A DNA stretch of 64,000 nucleotides from an uncultured bacterium (lineage in GTDB: Bacteria; Chloroflexota; UBA5177; JANWHV01): assembly GCA_963827235.1 (NCBI GenBank), contig CAWHAE010000009.1, forward strand, positions 768,001-832,000. Reading direction: 5' to 3'. The stretch's first letter is position 1. Each line of letters begins with the position of its first letter. Positions 39,553-49,590 of the stretch are shown one piece after another. Below the pieces are notes generated by a model that saw only the letters and a program-made list of their open reading frames with translations, searched no databases and was not told the origin of the DNA. A program made the position numbers and the translations under genes.

Positions 39553-39854
39553 CTTCCATTCACTCGCCTGCGATCACGGATCTCATCTGAGTAGAGTGTG
39601 CCTGCCGGGACGTTACAGTACCAGCGTGTGGCCGGTGCGCTGCCGGGCTACCGGCGGCGCCCCGAGCGCCTTCTGCGCCCACGGTTTCGCCTCCAGCCGG
39701 CCGCGGTTCTTCGCGCAGCCACACCGGTGGAAGGCGTGTTTATCGCGCGCCGGCCGCAGCTACCGCTCCTGGTCTGCGGCGACTCGATGCCGATTCCCTG
39801 CTGGGCCTGCCCCAGTGAGCCACGGCCAGGGGTGCGCCTGTCAGGCGGTTCACG

Positions 39855-40445
39855 CTACCAGCCGCGCTCGATCCATTCGTCGATGTGCGGCTTCTCGTCG
39901 CCGATCGTCGTGCTGCGCCCGTGACCCGGATAGACGATGGTTGCCTCGGGCAGCGCGAACAGCTTGCCGCGTATGCTCTCGATAATCTGGGCGAAGTCGC
40001 TGCCGGGTCGCTTGGTGAGGCCGGGTCCACCGGGGAATAGCGTATCTCCGGCGATCAGGAACGGCGGCGCATAGAGGCAGATGCTACCGGCCGTGTGTCC
40101 CGGCGTGTGCAGCACCGTGAGCTTGGCCTCGCCGGCCCGCACCATGTCGCCGTCGCGCAGCTGCCCGTCGATCGTCCTTCCGTCCAGCAGGTGCACGTCG
40201 TCGGCGTGCATGGCCACGGGGGCACCGGTGGCCGCCCGAATCTCGTCCAGGGCCAGGAAGTGATCGCGATCGCCGTGCGTGATTACGATCAGCTCCAAAT
40301 CGGTCGTGCCCAGGGCATCCAGAATGGCGTCGGCGTCGTTGGCCGGGTCGATGAGCAGGCGCTTGCCGGTCGTGGGGCAGGTGAGGATGTACACGTTGTT
40401 GTCCATCGTCCCCACGGAGAGTGACCGGACGTCGAATGTGCTCAT
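39855..40445 (-). CDS. MBL-fold hydrolase (glyoxalase II-like)
   Basis: THGDRDH, HTPGHT.GS, GDTLFPGG, YPGHG..TTIG.E. Confidence 0.9.
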   Translation of the reverse strand: MSTFDVRSLSVGTMDNNVYILTCPTTGKRLLIDPANDADAILDALGTTDLELIVITHGDRDHFLALDEIRAATGAPVAMHADDVHLLDGRTIDGQLRDGDMVRAGEAKLTVLHTPGHTAGSICLYAPPFLIAGDTLFPGGPGLTKRPGSDFAQIIESIRGKLFALPEATIVYPGHGRSTTIGDEKPHIDEWIERGW

Positions 40446-40735
40446 TGGGGCTCTATGGTGCTGGTGAGCCCGTAGACCTGCTCGAAGCGCTCCCGGTAAT
40501 GCTCAGCGGGCTCCTTTGGGCACGTGGTGGCGATCGCCTGTCCCGTCGTATCCACCAGCGTGGCGATCTGCCAGCCGTCGCGAAAGGTCTTGCCCGGGAT
40601 CGTCTCTTGCACGGCCCTCGCCACGTCGTGGTATGTGTGCACCGGATCGTCATGAATGATCACGTGGTAGGGGTAAGTCAGCTTAGCTTTCAGCCGCTCG
40701 AGGAACTCCTGATCCGGAATGGTCGAAACGCTCAT
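40442..40735 (-). CDS. clpS: ATP-dependent Clp protease adaptor ClpS-like
   Basis: Y.VI.H.D..HTY..V...V...G.A....E.AE.Y......GL...IEP. Confidence 0.75.
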   Translation of the reverse strand: MSVSTIPDQEFLERLKAKLTYPYHVIIHDDPVHTYHDVARAVQETIPGKTFRDGWQIATLVDTTGQAIATTCPKEPAEHYRERFEQVYGLTSTIEPQ

Positions 40736-40900
40736 CGATGCTCCTGCTTACGTGCTGCACCCAGATGCCTTGCCCTCTACTAAGCATACCGCGCGATGCA
40801 GCGTCAAGCCCGTCTGCAGGCGAATCGGGCGCGGCCTGGAGGACGTGCGGCGGCCGTGTCCGGTGCACTGCCGCGATCGCACATCCTCGCCGGGGCCGGC

Positions 40901-42064
40901 TCACCTGGAGCTCGGGCCGCGCGTGGCACGCGGATGCGGCAGCACGGCTCGCTGCCCGGATCCGCTCCTGTCGCTCGGGCTAGTCTGGCATTGGCTGGAG
41001 TCGCCGGTGGCAGTGCCCGCCAGGCTCACGGTACCGAGCGTGTCCCCAGCATCGTCCGAGAACGTGATCGAGCCGGAGTATGTCGCATCGTCGCACTGGT
41101 CGGGAGGGTTGAGTGCAATCGACTCAGTGCAGGTCGTGCCCGCGGCGACCTCTCCGTTGCATTGGTCGCCCGACGAAAACACGCCGCCGCCGTCGTCGAG
41201 CGTCTCGCTGACGTTGATGGCAGCAGAGCCGTTGTTGTCGACGTTGATCGACTGATACTCGGTGATGCCCGCCTGCGTGCTGAACTCCGCCGTGCCGGGA
41301 CTTACCGATACGTCGGCAGTGGGGTTCGAGCTACCCCCGGTGCCGCTCAAGGCAACGGATACGATGGTGGTACCCTGGGGGTCGACGACCTCGAGGGTGG
41401 CGCTGAACGAGCCCTGACTCGGCGGCGTGAAAGTGACCTCCAGGTCGCAGCGCGAAACCGCAGCCAGGTTGTCGAAGCAGAGGTTGTTGGAGACGGCGAA
41501 GGCGTCGGGATTCGCGCCGTCGATCGTGGGCGTGCCCAGCGGCTGGGCCGCGCCGCCCTCATTGCTGAGCGTCACCGTCTTGGCCTCGCTGGTCGTATTG
41601 GGATCCTGGTCGTCGAATGTGAGCGAGTCCTGCAGCGTTACCACGCTCGGGCCATCGGTCGAGGGCGTATCCGCGGGGCCCGAGGGAGCAGTGGGAGCCG
41701 CGGTAGCAACTGCCTGCGAGGTTCCTGCCGGACTGGCGCTCGCGTTGGGTGCCGTGGTGCCGGTTGCCAGGGCGATCACGGTCGGCGTGCCGATCGGCAC
41801 CGGTTGCGGTCCGGGTGAGGCGAGCATATCCGAGATCGCGATGCCGGCGGCGATGAGCAGGGCCAGGACGCCGATGGACGTGCCGGCCACGAACGGCAGC
41901 GAGTAACGTCGTGCGCCGCCGGTACCTGCGGCCGAGGGCCGGCCCGTACGTCCCGGCGGGGCCCCGAGCGGGGCTCCGCAGCTCTGGCAGAAGCGAAAAT
42001 GCTTCGCGGCTCGCGCGCCGCACCTGGTGCAATACGCAGGTATGACGTCACCTCCCGCCCCCAT
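40901..42064 (-). CDS. Zinc-ribbon + TM + two Ig-like (ASH/choice-of-anchor D) domain membrane protein
   Basis: YCTRCG...FCQSCGAPL; TM; P/T linker; F....S....TL.N.G...F....C..L....C...V.F.P.....V.LSG.G. Start uncertain. Confidence 0.72.
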   Translation of the reverse strand: MGAGGDVIPAYCTRCGARAAKHFRFCQSCGAPLGAPPGRTGRPSAAGTGGARRYSLPFVAGTSIGVLALLIAAGIAISDMLASPGPQPVPIGTPTVIALATGTTAPNASASPAGTSQAVATAAPTAPSGPADTPSTDGPSVVTLQDSLTFDDQDPNTTSEAKTVTLSNEGGAAQPLGTPTIDGANPDAFAVSNNLCFDNLAAVSRCDLEVTFTPPSQGSFSATLEVVDPQGTTIVSVALSGTGGSSNPTADVSVSPGTAEFSTQAGITEYQSINVDNNGSAAINVSETLDDGGGVFSSGDQCNGEVAAGTTCTESIALNPPDQCDDATYSGSITFSDDAGDTLGTVSLAGTATGDSSQCQTSPSDRSGSGQRAVLPHPRATRGPSSR

Positions 42065-42138
42065 GAGCCCCGGGGGCTGGGCTCCGCACATCTGTTGCCG
42101 CACGCCCCGACCCGGGGCAAGGCGTCGGAAAGAACGTG

Positions 42139-43317
42139 CTAAGCGCGCGAGACGACTGCCGCGCCGTCGGTGGCCCGGCAACGATAGATCACGGCATCTC
42201 TGCCGATGGCCGTGCGATATCCTGCGGACGTGGCTTCAGCGAAACGGTCGAATGCGGTTTCGTCGACCAGGGCGATCGCGCAGCCGCCAAAGCCGCCGCC
42301 CATCATGCGAGCACCGTAGCAGCCGGGCGCACCTTCGGCCGCTTCCACCATGGCGTCGAGTTCCTTGCAGCTCACCTCGTAGTCGTCCCGCAGACTGGCG
42401 TGAGAGGCTCGCATGAGCTCGCCGGCTTTCGCCAGGTCGTTGTTCCGGAAGGCGGCCACGCACTCCAGCGTGCGCACGTTTTCTGTCACCACGTGATGAG
42501 CGCGTCGATAGAGCGTCTCGGAGAGGAATAGCTTCAGGTCGGTCAGCCAGGCGGGGTCGACGTCGCGCAGCGATCGGATGCCCCCTACGTGCGGGCGAAG
42601 CAAGGTGACGGCCTCCTCACAGGAGCGCCGTCGATCGTTGTATGCCGAGCCGGCCAGTGCCCGGCGCACGCGCGTATCGCACAAGCCGAGCACCAATCCG
42701 GCGGGCAACGGCACGAGCTCGTGCGTCTGTGCCCTGCAATCCAGCAGCAAGGCGTGGTCGGCCTTGCCGTTGCGCGATGCGTATTGATCCATGATGCCAA
42801 CGCGAACGCCCAGGTACTCGTTCTCTACCCACTGGGAGATGAGCACGCAGGTGAGCGGATCGACGGGGAAATCGGCGAGGGTGGAGATGAGAAGCACCGC
42901 CCCGACGCATAGCGCGGCCGACGAGCTCATGCCGGCCCCGGACGGCACGTCGCCGGTGATCGCGATCTCCATGCCCGGCAACGCAGCGCCGCGTTCGCGC
43001 AGGGCCGTGGCCACGCCGGCGATGTACTTCAGCCACTGATCGTCCGGCTTGGTATCGCTCATCTCCCAGGTAGCGGACAGCTCGAGCGTCTTCGTATAGG
43101 CTGATATCGACTGGCCCGGCACGGCCCGGCCGGCCAGGAGCACCGCGCGGTCCACCGCGGCCGGCAACACGAAACCGCCGTTGTAGTCCGTATGCTCACC
43201 GATGATATTCACGCGTCCCGGCGCTCGCACCACGATGGCCTTTGAAGCGCGGGGGCCAAAGTGCTCATCGAGCAGTGTCGTCAGACGCAGCTCGGTAGGC
43301 TCGTTGGTTGCCTGCAT
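42139..43317 (-). CDS. galK: Galactokinase
   Basis: APGRVNIIGEHTDYNGGFVLP, P.GAG.SSSAAL, GIMDQ, GARMMGGGFGGC. Confidence 0.95.
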   Translation of the reverse strand: MQATNEPTELRLTTLLDEHFGPRASKAIVVRAPGRVNIIGEHTDYNGGFVLPAAVDRAVLLAGRAVPGQSISAYTKTLELSATWEMSDTKPDDQWLKYIAGVATALRERGAALPGMEIAITGDVPSGAGMSSSAALCVGAVLLISTLADFPVDPLTCVLISQWVENEYLGVRVGIMDQYASRNGKADHALLLDCRAQTHELVPLPAGLVLGLCDTRVRRALAGSAYNDRRRSCEEAVTLLRPHVGGIRSLRDVDPAWLTDLKLFLSETLYRRAHHVVTENVRTLECVAAFRNNDLAKAGELMRASHASLRDDYEVSCKELDAMVEAAEGAPGCYGARMMGGGFGGCAIALVDETAFDRFAEATSAGYRTAIGRDAVIYRCRATDGAAVVSRA

Positions 43318-43376
43318 TGCACTATCTCCTCCCAAGCTCGCCGGGACAATCCAAAGTGATCCGCAGTGAGCACTGT

Positions 43377-44157
43377 CTATTCTACATAGTAGTCCAGGCG
43401 TCTGACAGATGATGCCAGTCCGGTCTCGGTATTAATTTCCACCATGACGGCGTTAACGTCCACCGGACCTTCGGCAGGCTGCGCGTGATGCGACATGAGC
43501 GTGGTGAAGCCGGCGACAACCGGCTCGATCGCCAGGCCGATGACCGATTGTCGGACGCCGACCATGCCCACGTCGGTCACGTAGGCCGTGCCTCGCGGCA
43601 GGATCTGAGCGTCGGCGGTGGGGACATGAGTGTGTGTGCCGAGTACTGCGCTGACGCGCCCGTCCAGGTAGAACCCCATGGCCCGCTTTTCGCTGGTGGC
43701 CTCGGCGTGGAAATCGACGATTACCACGTTCGTCTCCTTGGCGACTGCCGCCAGCGCCTCGTCCACGGCTCGGAACGGGTCGTCGATCGGGCGCATGAAG
43801 AGCCGGCCGAGTGCGTTGAGCACGAGCACGGGCACCTGGCCGACCTGAAGCACCAGGGCACCGCTGCCGGGCACGCCTGCCGGATAGTTGAGCGGGCGCA
43901 AGAATGCGCGGGTCCCGGTCGAGCAGGCTGGATGCTTCCCGGTGCTGCCAGACATGGTTGCCGGAGGTGATCACGTCGACGCCTGCTTGAAAGAGGCTCC
44001 TGGCCGTCGACACGGTCAAGCCCGCTCCGTGAGAGACGTTCTCGCCGTTGGCGATCACCAGGTCGACCGACTCGCGGCGCCGGAGCTCCGGCAGGGTCGC
44101 CGCGACTGCCTCGCGACCGGGCCGGCCAAATACGTCGCCGATGAACAGGAGACGCAC
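43377..44157 (-). CDS. ymdB: TIGR00282/YmdB family metallophosphoesterase (extra T near 43900)
   Basis: LFIGDV.G.PGR, NGEN, TSGNH, then LRP.NYP...PG.G, DFHAEATSEK, GTHTHV.TAD, TDVGM.G; conserved position downstream of rny. Confidence 0.88.
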
Positions 44158-44286
44158 TCGCCGCTACCCTTCCGGCCGGGCGTGACGCCGGCATCCACGG
44201 CCCCAGATGTCCGTTGGGGTCGCATCACGGGAGCCCGCGCCGCATTCACCGGCGCGAGCCAATCGAGGAGTGCCGGCGCAGCGCGT

Positions 44287-45810
44287 CTATCGCGCTATCT
44301 CCACCACGCGTTTCTCGCGGATCACCATCACCTTGATCTGCCCCGGATAGTCCAGGTTCTCCTCGATACGCTTTGCCACGTCGCGCGCTACCCGCATCGA
44401 TCCCAGGTCGTCGACCTCGTCGGGCTTGACGGCGATACGCAGCTCGCGGCCGGCCTGAATGGCGAAGCTTCGCTCCACGCCCGGGAAGCTGTTGGCGATT
44501 TCCTCCAGGGCTTCGAGCCGCTTGATGTAGGTGCTGACGGTCTCGCGCCGCGCACCCGGCCGTGCGGCCGAGATGGCGTCGCCGGCCGCCACGATGAACG
44601 CTTCGATCGACTGCGGCTCTTCCTCGGCATGGTGCGCGGCGATGGCGTGGACGATCTTGGGCGACTTGCCCAGGCGCTTGCAGATGTCGGCGCCGATCAG
44701 GGCATGTGGCCCTTCGATCTCATGGTCGACCGCTTTGCCGATATCGTGGAGCAGGCCGGCCTCCTTGCAGATATAGGGATCGGCGGCCGACCTCCGCGGC
44801 CATCGCCGCGCAGAGAATAGCTACTTCGACCGCGTGGTTGAGCACGTTCTGCCCATAGCTGGTGCGGAACTTCAGACGGCCTAGCAGCTTGACCAGGTCG
44901 GGGTGGAGACTGTGCACACCCGCGTCGAAGGCGGCTCGCTCTCCCGGCCTCGCGGATGGCGACGTCGACCTCGGCACGAGCCTTGGTCACCACTTCCTCG
45001 ATGCGGGCGGGATGGATGCGGCCGTCGGCAATCAGCTTGGTCAAGGCCACGCGCGCTACCTCGCGCCGGACGGGGTCGAACCCGGAGAGTATCACCGCTT
45101 CCGGCGTATCGTCGATAATCAGGTCGATGCCGGTGGCTGCTTCCAGGGCGCGGATGTTCCGGCCCTCGCGGCCGATGATCCGGCCCTTCATCTCTTCGTT
45201 CGGCAGATTGACGACCGAGACCGTGGTCTCGGCCACCACGTCCGCCGCGCAGCGCTGGATGGCCAGGCCGATAATCTTGTGCGCGCGCCGCTCCGACTCG
45301 AGCTTGGCTTCCGCCTCCATATCGCGCACGCGCCGCTCGATGTCCGACTTGACCTCGCTCTCGACCTGGGCGATCAGCAGTTGCCGGGCCTCCTCACGCG
45401 GCAGGCCGGCGATGTGCTCCAGGACAGCCATCTGCTCAGTCTTGAGCTGCCTCCAGCTTCTCCTTGGCTTCATCCAGGTCCTGCTCTTTCGTGCCGAGCA
45501 CCCGCTCACGCCGCTCGAGGCTCTCGGACCGGCGATCCAGGCTCTCTTCCTTCTGTTGCAGGCGCCGCTCCTGTCGCTGCGCGTCGGCCCGCCGCTCTCG
45601 GCTCTCGGCCTCTGCCTCGGCACGAAGGGCCATGGCTTCGTCCTTGGCGACGAGCAGGATTTCCTTCTGCTTGGATTCGGCCTCCAGTAACACCTTTTCA
45701 GCGCGGCTCTCTACTCCATGCAGGCGGGAACGCGGCACGTAAAAATAGACGACATAGCCGATGGCCAGACCCACGAGCAGGGCGACCACGGCAGTAATGA
45801 CGATGACCAT
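44287..45810 (-). CDS. rny: Ribonuclease Y (three +1 insertions near 45451, 44945 and 44786)
   Basis: N-terminal TM, coiled coil, KH ([18 protein letters not shown]), [12 protein letters not shown] domain (AGLLHDIGK after frame repair), [16 protein letters not shown]. Confidence 0.93.
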
Positions 45811-45875
45811 GTACGGTACACCTCCCCCAAGTGACCAGACAGTGTACCGGAAGGCGAGTAGCCGGCGGTCGTGGC

Positions 45876-47327
45876 CTAGCCTATTCTCTCCACTGCCGTT
45901 GCGAGGCGGGCGAGACAGACATCACGACCGAGGATCTCCATGCTCTCGAAGAGCGGAGGTCCAGCCTTACTTCCGGTGATAGGTACGCGCGCCACCTCGG
46001 CAAGCTGGCGCAATTTTACGGATGCGGAGTCCGCGAGCGCGCGGAACTCGTTCTCGAGCGATGCGTGGTCCCAACCAGCAACGCGGCTGCATAGTATATG
46101 GACCTGGCGCAGTAGCGATCGGCTAGCCTCCGGCCCAAGCTTCTTCTCTACCACCGTGTCGGGCTCGTAGTCAGGCTCTCGAAAGAAGAATCCCGCCAGA
46201 GAGGAAAACTCGGAGAGCCGGTTGAGCCGTGTTTGGACGAGCGGGACCACGGCCTGCACTAAGGCCGGATTGGCGCCCGCGGGAAGAAACGGCTGCAGCG
46301 CTTCGACGAAACAGTCCTCGGACAGCATCCTGATGTACTGCCCGTTGAGATCGTCGAGGCGATGCATATCGAAGATTGGGCCGCCCGCCACCACCCGGTC
46401 CCAGGTGAAGGCGGCTATGAACTCGTTCAACGAAAATGTCTCGCGGCCGTCGGGCATGGACCAACCCTGAAGCGCGAGATAGTTCAACAGCGCCGCGGGA
46501 AGAAAGCCTTGCTCGCGGTACCAGTCCAACGAGGTATTGTTCTTGCGCTTTGAGATCTTGCTCTTGTCGGCATTCCGCATCAGCGGCATGTGAATGAATG
46601 CGGGAAGGTCCCAGCCAAACGCCTCGTACAACACGACGTGCTTGGGGGCACTGGAAATCCACTCCTCACCACGCACGACGTGCGTGATGCCCATCACATG
46701 GTCGTCCACCACCACGGCAAGGTGATAGGTCGGGAATCCATCTGCCTTCAGCACGACCGGGTCGTCCTGCAGGTCGTTCCGGAAAGAGACCTGGCCCCGC
46801 ACCAGATCGGTGAAGCACGTCTCGCCGCGGTCGGGCATCTTGAGCCGAACCACATGAGGCACGCCCAGCCGTATGTTCTCCGCTACGGTCTGCGGGTCGA
46901 GGTGCAGGCAGCGCCTATCGTACTTGGGCGGCTGCTTGGCCGCTTCCTGCTCCTTGCGCATGGCGTCAAGGCGCTCGCGCGTACAGAAGCAGTAGTAGGC
47001 GCGGCCATCCGCTACGAGCTGTTGCGCGTATTGGCAATAGAGGGGCAGGCGCTCCGACTGCCGGTATGGCGCGAACGGACCGCCTATATCGGGGCCTTCA
47101 TCCCAATGTAGACCGAGCCAGCTCAGGGCGTCGAAGATGCGCTGCTCGGAGGCTTCATCATAGCGGGCGCGATCGGTATCTTCGATGCGCAGCACGAACG
47201 CGCCACCGTTCTGACGTGCAAACGCAAAGTCGAACAGGGCCATATAGGCCGTGCCTATATGCGGGTCACCTGTAGGGCTGGGCGCAATGCGAAGACGAGG
47301 CGAACTAGGCGTCACAGGAGCAGTCAC
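45876..47327 (-). CDS. gltX: Glutamate--tRNA ligase
   Basis: R.APSPTG.PHIG (HIGH-like), LRIEDTD, PYRQSER, PTYHLA.VVDD..MGITHV.RGEEW, KISKR. Confidence 0.95.
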   Translation of the reverse strand: MTAPVTPSSPRLRIAPSPTGDPHIGTAYMALFDFAFARQNGGAFVLRIEDTDRARYDEASEQRIFDALSWLGLHWDEGPDIGGPFAPYRQSERLPLYCQYAQQLVADGRAYYCFCTRERLDAMRKEQEAAKQPPKYDRRCLHLDPQTVAENIRLGVPHVVRLKMPDRGETCFTDLVRGQVSFRNDLQDDPVVLKADGFPTYHLAVVVDDHVMGITHVVRGEEWISSAPKHVVLYEAFGWDLPAFIHMPLMRNADKSKISKRKNNTSLDWYREQGFLPAALLNYLALQGWSMPDGRETFSLNEFIAAFTWDRVVAGGPIFDMHRLDDLNGQYIRMLSEDCFVEALQPFLPAGANPALVQAVVPLVQTRLNRLSEFSSLAGFFFREPDYEPDTVVEKKLGPEASRSLLRQVHILCSRVAGWDHASLENEFRALADSASVKLRQLAEVARVPITGSKAGPPLFESMEILGRDVCLARLATAVERIG

Positions 47328-47357
47328 ACTTCTACAGCAGTACGCTACAATTGGATG

Positions 47358-47624
47358 TCACCGAACGTAGCAGTACGAGCCAAAGCTCGTCAAGGAACCT
47401 GTACGTTAACCATACACCAAACGACGAGTGCATGAAGCACGGTAGTGCTTTCCGGCTGGAGTTGTTCTGCAATCGCACCAGCCGCCGAATCATTCCCGGC
47501 CGGCATGTAGCCCCTCATAGGGCTACGTAGCCACGTTCCGGTCTGCCAAACCGGCGAAGACAGAGGCACAGATGGGAAACGTTGGATTCCAGCCTCCCGC
47601 CGGCCGGCTGCCGGCTGCGGGAGG
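47358..47624 (+). ncRNA. Candidate structured non-coding RNA or long leader of unknown family
   Basis: TACAAT -10 at 47346-47351 followed by at least six contiguous helices (see findings); no credible ORF; matches no family I recognise. Confidence 0.45.
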
Positions 47625-47628
47625 AGAA

Positions 47629-48243
47629 ATGGGCCGAGAAGCTGCCAGGATCAGCCAGGCGAAGCGGCGCAAGCAACTCAGCCAGCGCCTGATGTGGTGC
47701 GGCACCGTGCTCGTGGTGGTCGCAGCCCTGCTGTCGCTCGTGCTTGACCGGCACTCCACGGCCCAGGCCCCCGCCCGTAGCGGGCCGGGCACCGCGGCGA
47801 TCGCCCTCCCGGTCGGGCCGCACACCGGGCAGCGCGCACCGGACTTCACTCTGCGCGACCTGCAGGGCAAAGCGGTCAGCCTGCACACCTACACGGGACG
47901 GCCGTTGCTCATCCACTTCTGGGCGGTGGACTGCACGACCTGCCAGGCGGAGCAGGCAGACTATCTCAGGGCTGTGCGCGATCTGGGTGCCAAGGCTCCG
48001 GCGATTCTGGCCGTGGACGCCTGGGGTGAGACCGCGGACTACATCAGTCCATACGTGCAGAAACATGGCATCCCGGGCGTGGTGCTGGTAGATCTCACCC
48101 ACTCGGTCTTCAGTGATCTTTACCAGGGTATAGGCACGCCTACTGCCGTCTATATCGACGGCCGCGGCGTCATCAGACGGATGGTCACCGGCCAGGAGAG
48201 CTACAGTCAGATCGTCGCCGGCGCCAAGCTGATCGGGGCGTAG
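47629..48243 (+). CDS. Membrane-anchored TlpA/ResA-like thiol-disulfide oxidoreductase
   Basis: TM, G..APDFTL.DL.G..VSL, FWA..CTTC, G.PT...ID..G.I; SD GGAGG. Confidence 0.88.
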   Translation: MGREAARISQAKRRKQLSQRLMWCGTVLVVVAALLSLVLDRHSTAQAPARSGPGTAAIALPVGPHTGQRAPDFTLRDLQGKAVSLHTYTGRPLLIHFWAVDCTTCQAEQADYLRAVRDLGAKAPAILAVDAWGETADYISPYVQKHGIPGVVLVDLTHSVFSDLYQGIGTPTAVYIDGRGVIRRMVTGQESYSQIVAGAKLIGA

Positions 48244-48250
48244 TTTCTGG

Positions 48251-48556
48251 CTAGAAGAAGCCGAGCTCCAGCTTGGCATCCTCGCTCATCATGCTGGGAT
48301 TCCAAAGGGGCTCCCAGGTGAGCTTGGGAATGACGGCCTGGATGTCGGGCATGCGGCGCTTAAGCACCTCGTCCATCTCGGCGTCGATGTACTCGTTGAG
48401 CGGACAAGCCGGCGTGGTGAGCGTATAGGTAACGGTGACCGCGCGCTCGTCGACCTCCACCTCGCGAATCAGACCGAGGTCGACCAGGTTAATGCCGAGC
48501 TCCGGATCGTGCACCTCACGGAGATATTCCATTACTTCATCTTCGGTATGAGCCAC
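48251..48556 (-). CDS. sufT: Fe-S cluster assembly factor SufT/PaaD (DUF59)
   Basis: V.DPELG.N.VDLGLI, TLTTP.CP, W.P.W.P.MMS..AK..LG. Confidence 0.88.
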   Translation of the reverse strand: MAHTEDEVMEYLREVHDPELGINLVDLGLIREVEVDERAVTVTYTLTTPACPLNEYIDAEMDEVLKRRMPDIQAVIPKLTWEPLWNPSMMSEDAKLELGFF

Positions 48557-48577
48557 GAGCCGTCCTCCCCTTTTTGT

Positions 48578-48886
48578 TTAGGCGTCTACGAAAATGCCGT
48601 CGCCCTCGACGTGCACCGGGTACGTGCGTATGGATTCGGTGGCGGGCAGGCACAAAGCCTCGCCGGTGGTGACGTCGAACACTGCACCGTGCAGCGGGCA
48701 GCTAATCTCCGTGCCCTCGAGCCAGCCTTCGGACAGCGACGCCTCTTCGTGCGTACAGGTGTCTGCGGTCGCGTAGTAGGTGCCGGCGCAGTTGAACAGG
48801 GCGATAATCTCGTCGCCGGCCCGCACGGACTTGCTTTCCCCGGGCGCCAGATCCGACGTCGAGGCGACCCGATAAGTTGTCTTCAT
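48578..48886 (-). CDS. Rieske-type [2Fe-2S] ferredoxin
   Basis: CTH...L..G.....CPLHG..FD..TG. Confidence 0.9.
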   Translation of the reverse strand: MKTTYRVASTSDLAPGESKSVRAGDEIIALFNCAGTYYATADTCTHEEASLSEGWLEGTEISCPLHGAVFDVTTGEALCLPATESIRTYPVHVEGDGIFVDA

Positions 48887-49126
48887 TGTCGATTCCTCAA
48901 ACGAGGCCCCAGGCCTACCGTTTCAATCCGCGGCCGCACGCCGCCGGCAACCTGCCAGCCAGAAAGCGTCACTCGGGAACGAGAATGCTCCTGGCCGTCG
49001 CACCGATCGTGGGCCACCGGACATGCTCACGGCCGGGTTCCCCGCGCGGGTGTGTCCTCCATCGCCCGCCTGGCCGTGACCTGTATGCCCCTCGCTGGAA
49101 CGCCATGGCACAGAGCACACGACCCA

Positions 49127-49528
49127 CTAGGCTGACGTCTCCAGGCGCCTGGTAGCGTCCGGCACCCCGTAGAGTGCCGCCATCATCACCTTGTAGCCCA
49201 GCAGCGCGCATTTGACGCGCGCCGGGCTGAGCGGCACGCCCAGCGCCTCGAGGATGTCGTCGCGCGTGATGCCGAGCGCCTCGCTCTTCGTCTGGCCGGC
49301 GACCATATCGGTGAGCATTGAGGTTGCAGCCTGGCTTATGGCACAGCCGTTGCCGCGGAAGCGCACTTCTTCTATGCGGTCGCCGTTGTAGCGGACGTCC
49401 ACCGTCACGACGTCGCCGCACAGAGGGTTCGTATCCTCGTATGTGGCATCCGGGTTGTCGATGGTGCCGTAGTTGTGCGGATGACGATAGTGGTCCAGGA
49501 TCTCTTCCTGATAGATGTCGCTGCTCAT
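49127..49528 (-). CDS. sufU: Fe-S scaffold/sulfur transfer protein SufU/IscU
   Basis: Y.E.ILDHY..P.N.G, NPLCGD, G.GCAISQA, R.KCALL. Confidence 0.9.
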   Translation of the reverse strand: MSSDIYQEEILDHYRHPHNYGTIDNPDATYEDTNPLCGDVVTVDVRYNGDRIEEVRFRGNGCAISQAATSMLTDMVAGQTKSEALGITRDDILEALGVPLSPARVKCALLGYKVMMAALYGVPDATRRLETSA

Positions 49529-49590
49529 TCTCGCTGTTGCTCCTTGCCGCCGGCACCCCGCAACGAGCACCGCGATCGGCTGTCGCCTTC

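Noticed and set aside
47538-47554. tRNA-Gly(GCC)-like anticodon arm (5-bp stem, CTGCCAA loop)
   Set aside because: No D-arm, T-loop (GTTCRA) or acceptor stem; kept only as a helix of the ncRNA candidate.
47330-47600. T-box, c-di-AMP or cobalamin riboswitch, tmRNA, SRP or RNase P near gltX
   Set aside because: The hallmark conserved sequences of each are absent on both strands by eye.
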